Origin: Felis catus
Lineage: Eukaryota
Length of the DNA stretch: 64,000 nucleotides
NCBI RefSeq assembly: GCF_018350175.1
Contig: NC_058375.1
Coordinates: 19,530,001-19,594,000 of the forward strand
Direction: 5' to 3'
Shown here piece after piece: positions 26,799-41,000 of this stretch (positions within the stretch are counted from its first letter, which is position 1; each line of letters starts with the position of its first letter). The notes beneath the pieces were generated by a model. The model searched no databases and had not been told where the DNA came from. It saw only the letters and a list, made by a program, of their open reading frames with translations. The translations under genes were made by a program, and so were the position numbers.

Positions 26799-29700
26799 NN
26801 NNNNNNNNNNNTGCAAATATCTCGGATGGTATGCTGCTTATGTTTTCACAGTGATGCAACAACATAATGTGGCTGAAAAAGAATATAAAAAGCTAAACTC
26901 CACCTTCTAAGGGTTTAGATTTTATTGTGGGGTGTTTTTTTTCATTTTTCTTAAGTCCAAGCTGGCCATTTTGTTAGTATGTTTTAAGTGTGTATTACCA
27001 ATGTGGGTGTACATTTTTTAAAATGATCATTGGAAGTTTGGCAGGAAAATTCTCTAAGAGCCAAGAGGAGAAGAAAGTCCAGTTTTCTGGAAATAAGTCT
27101 CTAAGTATTTTAGACATTCCTTGTCAGTATTAGGAATTTCCATGGAAGAAGAGGTTTGCATGCTGGTAATGCAACCTTTGAAGCTTTGTAAAGGAAACAT
27201 ATATGTATATATTTATGTATATGTAAGTATGTGAATGTGTGCATTTTGCATTCCATATGAAGAAAATGCCACTTCTGTTTAAATTATTTGATGTAGGTTT
27301 GGGTTTTTGAGATTTGCTGGTGAAATCAGTGATGAAAAATAAAAGAACCTTCCCTCATCTTCCTACCCTGTCCTTCCCTCTAATGAAATCATACCACATT
27401 TTTTATTTTTGTAATATTATACAGCTTTTTTTTAAGGCATCATTTTGGAGGGTCTAAAATTATCTAACTAAACATAAAATTAAGTGATCCAAAGCTGCTG
27501 AAGTATGTTTGAGCTCTCCAGTGCCCTATAGCTGCAGGAGTTGAATTAGCCATGCAATCATGTGGTAGCAGGTTGGCAAGGACCTTGATTCAATCACCTT
27601 CTTTAAGTAACCAAGCATTCAATTAACCAATTAAACCACTGCACTGGAACATGTCTGCACTTGAGCATCTGCAATCTGATATAAATCTGAACACAGGATT
27701 CCTCTGTTTCTGAAAACTTTGCTATATATGAACTGCCCTACTTGATATATTAATTTTTGATTTCAAGACTTTGTCTAAGCCTCAGCATAAAGTTGAAGAA
27801 ATCAAAAGAAATCTACCCTCACATCGCCTGCCCTGATATGGTCTCTTGTGTAATCACTGGAATTCCTTTCATTTTAGCACTAATGCTATTTTCTCTTGTC
27901 TAATTTGACACAGTAATGATAGTGATATGGTTGTGTTAAATGTTGATCACCTTTTTCTAAAGTGGGAGATGATACCTATACAGTGTGACAAATGGATAAA
28001 ATATTGTGGCATCAATTATATCTTTCAAGTAGAAACATTATTGATTTTATACAATCACACTTGGTATGGTCTATGTAAAAAACCAATAGACTGTTACTTT
28101 TCTTGAAGTTAGTTTGATTTTTAACCCTGTATGGTTGTCTCCAGTTTGTTTTCCTATATACATGCAGATAATTAAAATCTAAGGAAAGTTTTCCTAAAAC
28201 AGAATATTAGCCTTTAAGGTTAGATAGACTTTAAGACCATTGTATCTAGGTTAGTCTTTATAAAGCACTAGAATCTTTGGTCAAAGTAAAAAAAAAAAAA
28301 AAAGTATTAGAATACTGAAATTGTTAATAGTTTGCATAGTCTCCTCGCTTTTTTTTTTTCTTGAGTTTTTTTTTTTTAATTGAAGCATAGTTGGCACCCA
28401 ATGTGTCTCCTCAGTTTTTTTGAACTTCTACAACTTTTGGAATTTTGCTAACATAATTTTTTCCTTAAAGTGTATTTGGGGACTAGAGAAGGTGAAAAAG
28501 CACAAAAAATTAGAGTATATAAAATTTCTGAAGTATGTGTTACTTGATCTGGAAGTTTGAAATTTGGACTGAAAGGCTTTATTGAACTAAAGCCTTTTAT
28601 TATTTTTTTTAATAAACCTTTTAAAATAAAAAAGTCATATACTTTTAACATCACTTTCAAGCCAATAAATACAAGAAGCTTTTTGGAAATTAGAGGTGGA
28701 AATACACTGGAACCTCATGACCATTGACCCTCTGGATCACCAAATTACTGTAACACAGATCTGGCCAAGGGGATTGAGTTATCGGAAGTGAAAAGTATTC
28801 TAGTGTCACACCAGTAAGGTGGCACTTCAGCAGAGATTCATGATGATTCAGGTGATAGCATGCCGGTGCTTCATTTGCTCTTCAAATATCTATGTGCTTA
28901 GAGTCATGGTTCCCTAAGTACATAGTTTTGGTCTTGCTTCATTTAAAATAGCTAACAATTACCTATTTTGAAAGATTTCACCTGTGAAGTGGAAATCTTT
29001 CTTTCATTGGCAGCAAAGGTATGAGGTGATCAGGAGGTTTCTTCTGGAATTTTCTCAGTCCTTGTATTCTAAAATAGCCTATGATACCAAGCAAAATGAT
29101 AGTAAATTCTTTGTCTCTATTTGTTCTTTTGGTCAGGAGGTATTTATTAAGTACCTACTGTGAGCTCAGCACTAAAGGTCAGTTGATAAAATGACAGTTT
29201 AAAAATGGTATATAACCCTACAAGCCTTTTCCAGCCAGGATTAAGAAATAAAAGGTTAGCGATACTTGGAAATTCCTGGATATTTGCTAGAGGAAAAACG
29301 AAAGCGAGAATTTGTGCACAGTGCCTTGCCCATAATAGGTACTCAATAAACAATTATTCCTCAGAGTCTCTTGCCATGGTTTATAGTGTTTTATGAAATT
29401 TGTCTTAATTGAAAAAAGACCAAATATTTCAAATAAGCTCATAGGCANNNNNNNNNNNNNNNNNNNNNNNNNNNNNNNNNNNNNNNNNNNNNNNNNNNNN
29501 NNNNNNNNNNNNNNNNNNNNNNNNNNNNNNNNNNNNNNNNNNNNNNNNNNNNNNNNNNNNNNNNNNNNNNNNNNNNNNNNNNNNNNNNNNNNNNNNNNNN
29601 NNNNNNNNNNNNNNNNNNNNNNNNNNNNNNNNNNNNNNNNNNNNNNNNNNNNNNNNNNNNNNNNNNNNNNNNNNNNNNNNNNNNNNNNNNNNNNNNNNNN

Positions 29701-30180
29701 NNNNNNNNNNNNNNNNNNNNNNNNNNNNNNNNNNNNNNNNNNNNNNNNNNNNNNNNNNNNNNNNNNNNNNNNNNNNNNNNNNNNNNNNNNNNNNNNNNNN
29801 NNNNNNNNNNNNNNNNNNNNNNNNNNNNNNNNNNNNNNNNNNNNNNNNNNNNNNNNNNNNNNNNNNNNNNNTAAAGTGAGTTTCAACAACAAAAAAAAAA
29901 CCTGAAATTCTATATTGCTGATTTGGTGGCTCTGTATAGTTCTGTAGTGCTTTACTTCATGAACATAAAATAGAGGGTATAAAATTTGAAACAATGTCAT
30001 TTTCAGCCTTATCTATTAAGTGAAACTTTCTGTAATAGAAGCTATTACTGAGGAAAAGATGATTGGATTACAGGAATTTCAGCATTTCAAGTTCTCTAAA
30101 ATTTTAATGCTTACTCTCTTGCTGTATTTGTCAGAAGAACTTATATTGCCTGAAATAAATGTTTTTTTTCCATTAATCTT
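26799..30180 (+). other. PDIK1L: PDIK1L 3'UTR
   Basis: AT-rich, repeat-poor sequence after the last coding exon. AATAAA at 30154-30159 is followed by a U-rich tract; earlier AATAAA hexamers also exist. Confidence 0.6.
30154..30159 (+). terminator. PDIK1L: Candidate PDIK1L distal polyadenylation signal
   Basis: AATAAA followed by tgttttttttcc. Confidence 0.5.
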
Positions 30181-31849
30181 TCTATCTCCTTAAGCTGAGG
30201 ATGCATCCCAGACTCAGAATGAAGTACAGTAAATGTACCAAGAGGAAGTCATTTTTCAATCCATAACTTGAAACCATGGTTTCCTTTCTGTAAAGTCATC
30301 TGGCCCGCTTTTTTTCTTTTATAGGTTTTATTGTGTATGTCTTCTCCAGAATAAACAAAGTACTGAGGATACAGTGCACTTAGTGGCCCAATAGACCAGC
30401 AGAGGGAAAAACTGGAGGCAGAAAACATTAACGCTACATGTGATCCAGCGGCAAGTAGGAACTTAGGCATCAGGACTTGTGGCTGCTTCTGACTCTGCCA
30501 CCTTCTCCTGGCATAACCTTTGTACACAGGCAAATTTTGCTTTCTGTTTTGAGACTAATTTTTTAATTAAATCTTAAGCTATAAATATTTGTATTTACTA
30601 GCTCGTTTGTAATCCCTTGCAGTTTACAAAGAGCCTTCACGTGGTTTTTAACATATCTTTGCGGTGGGTTTTACTTAAAATAGGGGCTGGTTTCTTGATG
30701 AAGAAATTAATAGTAGTACACCAGTTAGTGAGGTAATGGTAAGGGTTTTAATGCCTAATCTCAGACTCCAGCTGGAGTTTTCTCTAATAACAAAGCTTTA
30801 TCTTTCTCACTGAAAATGACCCCTGGTTGTTTTGGTCTTTAAATTTAAATGTTGCTCTCTTAGCCAACCAATCATAGATGTCCTCTAAAATGCAGTGTAA
30901 TGATAGACAGTTGGTTTGTGGTTAGATAACAACTTGAGAAAACCTACCACACCTCTTGAGGGCACAGTGCTGTCTTGCGTCTTTTAAAGGCAGTACTTTC
31001 TCTTTTGTAATGATTTCTCATTGGTTAGAAGAGAATTGTAAAAAAAAAAAAAAAGATGTCTTTGACTTCACTCTTTCGGTTCCTGTTCAGCCCTGGTATT
31101 TCAAGCTTAACTTGTTCTGAGCAGAATTAGGTAACTTGGTATTACTAAAGGCATCATGGCCTAGAGGCTGAAGCACAGGTTCACTGTAGCAGATCTCCTA
31201 CCGAACACTCGGCTTTTGCAAATACCTACATAATATGTGGCATTGGGCAAGTCACTTCATTCTGAGCCTTAGTTCCCTTATCTGTAAAACTGACATGATG
31301 TATTTACATTTCAGAATTTTTGTATGGGTCAGAGATAATACACATAAAGTGCCTCGCATAGTATCTGGTACATTAACTTCTCAAATCGTCGCCATTATTG
31401 TTAACTGGGTTCTGATTTTGACAATATGTTGAATGAATGAATGGGTTCCCAATAAGCCAGTCTTCAGCTGTGGCTTTGATTCTTCTCCCCTTTGGGATAA
31501 CGTGATGAAGGCATTACTTTCCTCAGGAAAATGTTTGCCTGTAATTTCAGGGAAAACTTTGGGGATGATGGGTACGTTCATGGGTTTCATACATAGAATT
31601 CACCAAACTATATACTTAAATTTATGCATTTTATTTTACATCAATTATACTTCAATAAAGCCATTTAAGTTTTTAAAACACTGATGCCTAGGATCCATTT
31701 CATATTAATAAAATGAGAATTTCAGTGAGCAGGGCATGCACGTTAATATTTTTTAAGTATTAGTAATTCTAATGTGAAAACAGGTTAAAATAGTGCAATT
31801 GAAACAATACTGCTCAGACTGTGGGATAGGCAGAATAAGTCCTAGTGTT

Positions 31850-32094
31850 TTTTATTTATTTTTTTTCAACGTTTGTTTATTTATTTATTTATTTATTTAT
31901 TTATTTTTTGGGACAGAGAGAGACAGAGCATGAACGGGGGAGGGTCAGAGAGAGAGGGAGACACAGAATCAGAAACAGGCTCCAGGCTCTGAGCCATCAG
32001 CCCAGAGCCCGACACGGGGCTCGAACTCACGGACCGCGAGATCGTGACCTGGCTGAAGTTGGACGCTTAACTGACTGCGCCACCCAGGCGCCCC
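31850..32094 (-). mobile_element. Young felid SINE (SINEC_Fc)
   Basis: TSD aagtcctagtgttttt; (TTTA)n tail. Confidence 0.92.
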
Positions 32095-32414
32095 AAGTCC
32101 TAGTGTTTTTTAGATTCGCTTACCTCCTCTAACAACCAACAGCACAGACCCGTTTCTGCACCCCATCCCAAACTCAAGTCCCTATCCTCACTCTCAGACT
32201 GTCTACCTCATAGTAGAACAGCAGCTGTGTTTCTGAGAAACAGAAGAGGTAATGCATTAAATCACTATCAGGTACGTTACTCAAGGGTGGGTATTCTTAA
32301 GCAGGAATCCAACAAAGGAATCCAGGATTGTCAGTGGACCCACTAGAATTGTAAGCAAAATTTTATGTGAATAAGCATTTTTTCATAAGAACAGTTCATA
32401 ACATAGCAAATTCT

Positions 32415-32625
32415 TTTTATGTTTGTGTATTCTTGAGAGAGAAGAGGGGAGAGAGAGAGCCAGAGAGGGGCAGAGAGAGACAGGGGGAGAGAGAAATCCC
32501 AAGCAGGCTCCACGCTGTCAGCACAGAGCCCAACTTGGGGCTCGAACTCATGAACCATGAGATCATGACCTGAGCCGAAATCAAGAGTCGGACACTTAAC
32601 TGACTTGAGCCACCCAGGGCGCCCC
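32415..32625 (-). mobile_element. CanSINE
   Basis: Reverse SINE body. Confidence 0.88.
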
Positions 32626-33887
32626 TTAACAAAGGGGCACATAAGGAACTATTGCAGAGAACTTTGGGTGCAGGGAAAATGGAGTGGATATTGAAAAGAA
32701 TGGACACCAAAGAGATTGGAAAGCTGAGTCACAGATGAGCCCAGGGCAGGCTGGAGTTGACTGGTTGACAACCATTCTTGTCTAGGTCTACATGTCAGAA
32801 CACTACTCTGTCTGCAGAGGCTCTGGTCCTTCTCCAGCTGGCTAACTAATGGGCCTGCTCCAGAGACCTGTCTTGGGCCATGCCTTTTCCAGTCTAGCAG
32901 GCAGGACTTCCGGAAGCTGGTGCAATCTGGTGGACCCTCAACCCCTCTGCTGTAATCACATCAAAAGCAGTGGTTCTCCTAGTCTTTCCCAAAAGAACGT
33001 CAGGGCCCGTGGGCTACAATGGGCTGTGGAGAAGAAAATGTTCTTTGAAGATAAATGACATGTTTACCTGGGCCCACCTTTCAGCCTAAGCCCAGTCCTT
33101 AGAGAAGAAACTTCCTGACTTCAGGATTTCTTTTAGACACATAGGACAAAAAGAATCAAATAGGATGGTATCATTGGCCTTCAGAATAATTCATTACTGT
33201 CAGTACTCACTTGGGATAATTTCTACGAGCCCTTGCAGTTCTAAAATTTAATGATACAATTCAACATGGAAAAGTACTAATGAAAGGGTTGTGAGATTTA
33301 CAGAGGACGGTCACGCACATCCCTGCCCTCCATTGAGAAAATAAAACATACAATGTATCACTATAAATTTCCTCGAAGACACCAAGAGATAGGAAGCATC
33401 ATATTTCTTCATCCTCCTCAAACAGCCAAGATTAGAGGGAACTTCTCCAGAATTATCCCTAAGACTTGGAGAAAGGCCTCTGATCCTCACGCTGTCCACT
33501 AAGATGCTTATGGACCAAATCCCCACAGTCCAGCCCTATTTAAACACCGGAGCCGGAGTCACATTCCATCCAGTTAGAAATCTTGCTACCATGGGTCAGT
33601 TGGAGCTCAATTCTCACAGAATCAGCCTCGGGTCCATCCCCTCGGTCTCAGGAGCTAGTTACTACCTTTGCTGAGGTGGGTAGGGTTGCTCATTGCTCTG
33701 TCTTTCAACATTTTGAGCCATTTCGTTGCCCTTGAGACTTGAAACGCAAAGCACTTGTCTCTCCACTGGGACAAACGAAGCCCTAGACCTCAGTAGAGAG
33801 GGCGCTATCGCCCTCTTAAAATGGCAGCAGGAAAACTACCGGTCCAGAAAATTAGCCCTACTATGGGCCAGGCACTGTGTTAGGTAC

Positions 33888-34806
33888 TTTTTTTTTTTAA
33901 GCTTACTTATTTATCCTGAGAGAGACAGAGGGAGAGAGCGCGAAGTGGGGGAGGGGCACAGAGGGAGGGAGGCAGAGAATCCCAAGCAGACTCCAAGCTC
34001 TCAGCTCAGAGCCTGCCCCGGGGTCTGGAGCCCACCAACTGTGAGATTATGACCTGAGCCAAAATCAAGAGTCGGGCGTCCAACCGACGGAGCCACCCAG
34101 GCAACCCCGTTAGGTACTTTTTAAAACTATTTTATTTATGTACGTTAACTGGAATTTAAATAAAAACTTGAAATTACAAAAAAAAAAAAAAAAAAAAAAC
34201 AAAGTGACAATATTTGGTTTAAAAAACTAGGGGTGCCTGAGTGGCTCAGTTGGGCACCCAACTCTTGATTTTGGCTCAGGTCAGGATCTCTCAGTCTGTG
34301 GGTTCGAGCCCCACGTCAGGCTCTCGCTGACAGCGCGGAGCCTGCTTGGGATTGTCTCTCCCTCTGTCTCTGCCCCTTCCCCTGCTTGTGTTCTCCGTGT
34401 CTCTCTCTCTCTCAAAATAAATAATCAAATAACATTTTTAAAAATAAAAAAATTTTAAAGTGATAATAAAACTATTTTATTCACAAGAATCCTCTCCCAG
34501 TTTACAGATGAGCTATAGGGAACTAATAACAACCCCACTACATAGGGGAGATTAGTAGTAACAGCTAAAACACACCCTGCAGTTTAAAAAAATGTTTTTT
34601 AAAGTCTATTCACTTTTGAGAGAGAGAGAGAGACAGAGTGCAAGTGGGGGAGGGGGCAGAGAGAAAGAGAGACACAGAATCGGAAGCAGGCTCTAGGCTC
34701 TGAGCTGTCAGCACAGGGCCCAACGTGGGGCTCGAACTCATGAGCCATGAGATCATGATCCGAGCTGAAGTCAGACACTCAACTGACCGAGCCACCCAGA
34801 TGCCCC
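33888..34806. mobile_element. CanSINE cluster (33888-34108 -, 34230-34450 +, 34585-34806 -) with a short L1 3'-end/poly-A piece (~34135-34200)
   Basis: SINE heads and tails; TSD gttaggtacttttt around the first. Confidence 0.85.
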
Positions 34807-35251
34807 AACACCTGCAATTTTATGTGCCAGGCCCTACTGCACCTGTTCTACCTGCATTGACTCATAGAATCCCCCAACCCTGCAAACTGCCTACTGTTCT
34901 TTGCCAGTTTACAGGTAAAGAAACAGAAGTCCAGGAGAGGGTGGGTAACCTGCCGGAGGTCTACAGTTCTCTCAGGATCTGAGCCTAGGCTCTGAGGGCC
35001 CACGACGGTGGTCACTGCTTCTTCACTGCGCTGTGGCAAGTCACAAACTAAAGAGATCATGAAGATGCCCAGAAGGACTATTTCGGGGCACGTATGTCAG
35101 GAAAAAGAGAGTGGGTGAATACTATGTGATCAGATAATGAAAGGTCCTCAAAGACAAGCAGAGGAATACAAATTTGTGATCAGAGCTAAAAAAAAAAAAA
35201 AAAAAACTATTGTGTCTTTTTGTTCTAGCATTTGCTCTCATGCACAGGCTC

Positions 35252-35675
35252 AGAGCGCCTGGGTAGATCAGTCGGTTAAGCATCAGACTTTGGCCCAGGT
35301 CACGATCTCAGGGCTTGAGAGTTTGAGCCCCTTGTAGGGCTCTGTGCCGACAGCTCAGAGCCTAGAGCCTGCTTCGGATTCTGTGTCTCCCTCTCTCTGC
35401 TCCTCCCCCACTCATGCTCTGTCTTTCTCTGTCTCTCAAAAACAAATAAACGTTTAAAGAATTTTTTTTAATTCATAATTTTCAGGGCGCCTGGGTGGCT
35501 CAGTTGGTTAAGCATCCGACTTGATTTCAGCTCAGGTTATGATCTCACGGTCATGGGATCAAGTCCTGTGTTGGGCTCTGCACTGGGCATGGAGCTTGCT
35601 TAAGGTTCTCTCTTTCTCTGCCCCTCCTGCACACAAGCACTCCCTCTCTCTCTCTCTCTCAAAAAAAAAAAAAAA
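35252..35675 (+). mobile_element. Two tandem CanSINEs
   Basis: Heads at ~35252 and ~35484. Confidence 0.85.
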
Positions 35676-35799
35676 TCACAATCTGCAAGCCAGCCCCTTT
35701 CTGAAATCCGAAGTCAAATCACATTACTTATGTAATCCTAAAATCCTTAAACAAAGAATTTAAAGTGGTGTGGGGGGGGTAGTACCAGCACATTATTGA

Positions 35800-36490
35800 C
35801 GGAAATAAATGCATATTGTCAATGTCAACACAGGCTTCAAATAATTCCTACAAACTTCTAGGGAAATGCAAGCTGCTCACAGTGAAAAATAACCAAACAC
35901 ACAAGGTAACAAGGCACCACGAGGGAGAACACATAGAACTGAGAGGCGGTAGAAACAGAACTTCAAAGATATTGGGATCATCAGACACACAACATAAAAT
36001 AACCTTGATATATTCAAAAACTAAAAGAGAAACTTGCTATTATGTGGGAACTAGTAAACCTGAAAAAGAACCAAATACAATTTCTGAAAATGAAAAATAT
36101 GCTAATTGAAACCGAGAACTCAGCAAATTATTAGGTTAGAATGGCCAACGTAACAATTGAAAAAATATTCAAAGGCATAGAACCTATAATTTCCAAATGA
36201 ACAGAGGCAGGCAGTTGGGGGTCGATCCCAAAGATGTTTAAAAAAAAAAAAAAGAGGGGGGAGTACAAAAATACAATGCCCATTAGAAGATGAGAAAAGT
36301 AAATAAAGATACATTAATCTCAATGAATGAGTTTAGAGATAAAGGATGTCAGACCAAATAAAAGAGCAAAATCCAATGATGTTCTGTTTACAAAAGGCAG
36401 ATCTAAGCCATCTTAGAAACTGATAGATCAAGGAAACAAATACCCAGTAAGAACATAGGAGATTTTAACCATTTAATTAATAAGTTCTGT
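35800..36490 (+). mobile_element. Ancient L1 fragments
   Basis: A-rich decayed L1 ORF1/ORF2-like sequence. Confidence 0.45.
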
Positions 36491-36717
36491 AAGTTCCAGT
36501 CATCTATTTGTCTATCCCTGCTGTCAATACTCCATGGTCCCCATTACTGCAGAATTAAGTAAATTACAAGCCAGCTTGTATACCATCCTTGGCACATAGC
36601 AAATGCTTAACAGATATCAATTATAGTAGCACCAGAAACTCACTATGTGACTTTACAAAGTGTAGCCACTTCACCTCTGTGAACCTCAGTTACCTCTTCC
36701 AAAAAGTGGCCATATAC

Positions 36718-36905
36718 AGGAGCCCCTGGGTGGCTCAGTCGCTTAAGCATCCAGCTCTTGATTTCAGCTCAGCTTAGGTCATGATCTCACGTGCAGTTGA
36801 GCCCTGCCTTGGTTCTGGGCTGACAGCATAGACCCAGCTTGGGATTCTCTCTCTCCTTCTGTCTCTGTCCCTCCCCCGCTCTCTCAAACTAAATAAACAT
36901 TTTTT
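36718..36905 (+). mobile_element. CanSINE within a MIR
   Basis: SINE body; imperfect TSD aagtg[g/a]ccatata. Confidence 0.85.
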
Positions 36906-37484
36906 AAGTGACCATATAATAAGTTATGTTTCCAAGTCGCCTTGCAAACCAAATGAGATAATGTATGTGAAGATATTTCATAAACTACAGGAAAAAAAAA
37001 AACAGAAATGAAGGAATTACTGCTCTTACCGGTTAACTGGCATTACAAAACACCAAGCGTCCAGGTAAACAACTATCAGAGTGGTCACCAGGGGGAACAG
37101 CAGCGCTAAGGAGGTCCAGGATGTGCAGTGAAATGCCTGGCAGCCGTGTGGACCCTGGGGCGATTGGAGGTTGGAAAAGAGAGTCCCAAGGTGAAGGCGA
37201 ATCAGAAAGGCTCCTTGAAGGGTGAAGCCTGCCCTCTGGTGGACGAGCCTGGGATACTTTGCTCAAAGGCAAGGTGCCCTGTGCGTGTCCCTGGGAAACC
37301 TCTCCCCAGTCTGAGCCTCTACATCTCGTTGACTCAACCGACCTGCTTGCTTCCTGTAAACATTGGAGGGTAGAGTGGGATAATTTGGAAACAAAATTAT
37401 CACTGTGGCCTGTGTCTCACGGTGCCAAACTCACCTAATCTCAGAGTATTGTTGGGGGCAGTCTCTAAGAAGTGACCAACCACA

Positions 37485-37703
37485 GGGGCACCTGGGTGGC
37501 TCAGTCAGTCAGGCGTCTGACTTTGGCTCAGGTCATGATCTCACAGTCTGTGAGTTCAAGCCCCATGTCAGGCTCTGTGCGGACAGCTCAGAGCCTGGAG
37601 TCTGCTTCAGATTCTGTGTCTCCCTCTCTCTCTGCCCCTCTCCTGCTCACACTCTTTCTGTCTCTCAGGAAATAAATACACATTAAAAAACAATTTTTTT
37701 TTT
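37485..37703 (+). mobile_element. CanSINE
   Basis: Imperfect TSD aagtgac[c/a]aaccaca. Confidence 0.88.
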
Positions 37704-38014
37704 AAGTGACAAACCACAGATGTCATGGAAGGGACTTGGCCTAGGCTCCTGACAAGCCATGTCTTTCAGATCACTAGGGCGGGCAAGGATGGCCACTCTA
37801 GCTGTGGCTGAAACCTCAGGAGGCCGAGGGGGAACCGACCACTCAGGGTCTAGGCCCTTTATGGAGAAAATATTTACTCCCAGTCTCCCTGGAAGGCACT
37901 TAAAAAATTATCAAGGCTCTGAAACTAGTGGGTGCTTAATTATTTCAAACAGAGCAGAGCTTAAATTTCAAATAGAGTAGAAAGACGTGTTGGGGGAGCT
38001 GCTCAGAAGCCCCC

Positions 38015-41000
38015 TTCAGGGGGTCTCTGGAGGGGGCTGGAGACAGCAAATTGTTCCTGGAGGCTGGGTGTGTTCCAAGAATAATACATTGCTGAGTTCT
38101 CTGAAAGCAGACCTCGAGACAGAGCTCAGGCAGAAGATGTTTATTCGGCAACAACCCCTATGAAAGAAGGGGCAGGAACCAGGCTCAGGCAGGGGAAGAA
38201 GTCGAACTGCGATGCAGGCTGGCGAAACCTCGCTCTGAGGTCCTGGCACAGAGCTCTGGCGTGAGCATCGCCAGTCGGTGTCCTGCATCGGGCTGGAATG
38301 GCCAGACCTTCACACCCCATCTCTTCCGGTCACCACGCACAGGTTGGGTATGACCTTGTGTGAGGGGGCTCTCAGCAGGCGAAGCCCACCCTAAAGGAGG
38401 CGACAGCTTCAGGCCGACTGCACTTGCCACAGATGGGCAGCAAGCCCTTTCTTGAAAGTTACTGTCGGGGCGCCTGCATGGTCCAGTGGGTTAAGCTTTG
38501 ACTCTTGGTTTCGGCTCAGGTCGGCATCTCACGGTTTCATGAGTTCGAGCCCTGCATCGGGCTCCGTGCTGACGGTGCAGAGCCTGCTTCCGATTCTCTC
38601 TCTCACCCTGTCTCTCTGCCCTCCCCCGCTCACGCTGTCTCTGTCTCTCTCAAAAGAAACTTAAAATACAAAAAGAAAGAAAGTTGGGGTCTGCCACAGA
38701 CCGTGGTGGAGCTGCTTGAATCCACTTCCCCATAAACATTCGAAAGGCAGCTCCTTCAGGAGTCCACTGGCCAGGGAGTCCCAGGAGGAGAAACTCGGAA
38801 GAGGAATTTTAGTGGGGCGAACTAGATCCCCCACTGCTGCAGATGGTCTCAGGGCCACAACGGAGACTCCTGATGTCCCTCCTCTTCTATCCATTCTAGA
38901 TCGGCTCACACTGCCCCCCCCCCCCCCAGCTGCCACTTCTGCTGGCCTCAGTGGCTCACCTGGTGGCATGATCCAGACCCTCATCCTCAAGGAGCCTGAG
39001 CCCCTGGTCGCCAGGGCCTTCTCAGGCCAGGGTTGCATTACGTGGTCATTTACAGTCACAACTGGGCCAGGGACCACCAAGAAGCACCCAGGTAGGTCAC
39101 CTGGAATCGACTGTCCCAATTATGGAACAGCAGCTTTATTCCTATTCATAAACAGAGTCAAACACCTCTGCCACGACAGTGACCCCTTTTCTTAACCATT
39201 GGTTCCTAGATACAAGAAGCTCAGAACACCCAGGAGGCAGACGGAGCTTATAATTCAATGCAAATCCTTTTGAGAGCGAGGACCTCTCACCCAGCAGAGC
39301 CCAGAGTGGCAGGGCTGGGACGTAAAAGGTCTTCACTGGGTTATTAGAATAATAGCAAATGGGATCGCTCCTGCTTTCACCCCTTGGTTCCTGTTTTCTT
39401 CCTATGGGGACACAGTGTCACGTAAAAGTCTTTGAGTTGGTCGATGCTTTGGAATAAAATTGCCCATCAGTGTCATTGATGTGCCACTTGGGGCCAAAAG
39501 GCCAGATCTTTATACCCTCACCTTCCTCAATCACAAGTTGGGGGGCCACCCTAGGAAGGGCTTGTCCTTGAGTAAAGGGGCTCTCAGCAGCAGAGGCAGA
39601 CCCTGAAGGAGGTGACAAGCACCGACAGTTGGCTGACCGCACCGCCCACAGGTGGGGACAGTAAGCCACTCCTTGAGGGCACATTATGAGGAAAGGACCC
39701 AGATTATCCACACACACCCACTGTTTGCTTTTTCCTTAGACTTGCTCTCCTCAGGGTCCCAGACAACCAAAATAGTTATAAGAATCACATCTAGACAGCT
39801 CACCTAGAGGAGGATAGAGACCATTTCTCCCTGGGTCTCCTTGAGAGTGGGAAAAGTTCCCTAGGCTCCTGCAGCAGACTTTCCCTTGAGTCTCACTGGC
39901 CAGAAAGGGAAATTGTATGGTTTTAGAAGGCCTTCTGGGACCTGAATTTTGCATCACTCGGTCCCAAGACCTACCCTCTCAAGGGACCCTCTCGAGCCCC
40001 CTCCACAGTCTCTCCAGGGTTTCTTCAAAACCCATCCATGAAACAAGTATCTTGAGCACCCACTGAGTGCAAGGCCTGATTTGAGGCACTCAGGATATAT
40101 CAGTGAATAAAACAAAGGTCCCTTCCTTCACTGAACTTACACTCTAGGTGGGGGAGATATTTATGAACGTAAATAAGTAAATTATTTAGTATGTTAGAAT
40201 GTGCTAAGTTAAAAAAAAATAAGTAGATGCAAAGAAAAAGTAGAACAGAATAAAATGTGTTGCAAATACTGAAGAAAGATGCTGGAGAATTATTAAATAA
40301 AATGGTCAGGGGAGATCTCACTGGGGTGAGAGCTGAACAAAAGCTTAAAACAAGCTGAAGGAGTCAGCAAAGCAGAGATCTAAAGAGAACGCATTCCAGG
40401 TAGTGGCTCAAAGCCCTAAGGTAGACAAGGTCGTGTGGTCAAAGCATCTGGGGCAGAGTAGCTGAGAGGGAGGACAGCCAGAGATAAGGTGGGCTTACGT
40501 AAACCCTTGTGAGCCTTTGAGGACGTTGGCTTTCACTCGGGGAGGAGTCCTTTTCAGGAACTTGAGCAGAGAAGCTCTAAGGTGATTAACTTCCACTCGC
40601 AAAGGACTCATCTAGCTGCTGAGTGGGATGAGGTTAGACGGGAGCCTTACAGGCCACTGCAGCGATCCAGGCAAGAGAGGACAACTGTTTGGACCGGGGC
40701 GGTAGGAGTGCAGTGGGACAGAGGTGACATAAATCCAGATGTGTTCTGAAGATAGAGCCAACAGAGGTTGCTGATGGATTAAATGTGGAATGTGATGGAA
40801 AGGCATGTGTCCAAGAGGGCTCCAAGGTTTTGGCCTGAGCAATTGGAAGGATGCTGAAATGGATCTGGGGTGATAAGAGATAGATCAGGAGTTTAGTTTT
40901 AGACATGTTCAATCCTGGGTTCCCAGATGTTAGCATCAATTCGAAGTCAATGTCTAGTAATTCCTGAAAGGTCTGAGTTTTCCCTTCCCCCTTCCTTGGA

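Noticed and set aside
29287-30000. 237-aa and 170-aa ORFs, and similar X-filled ORFs at other N runs
   Set aside because: They are open only because N bases contain no stop codons.
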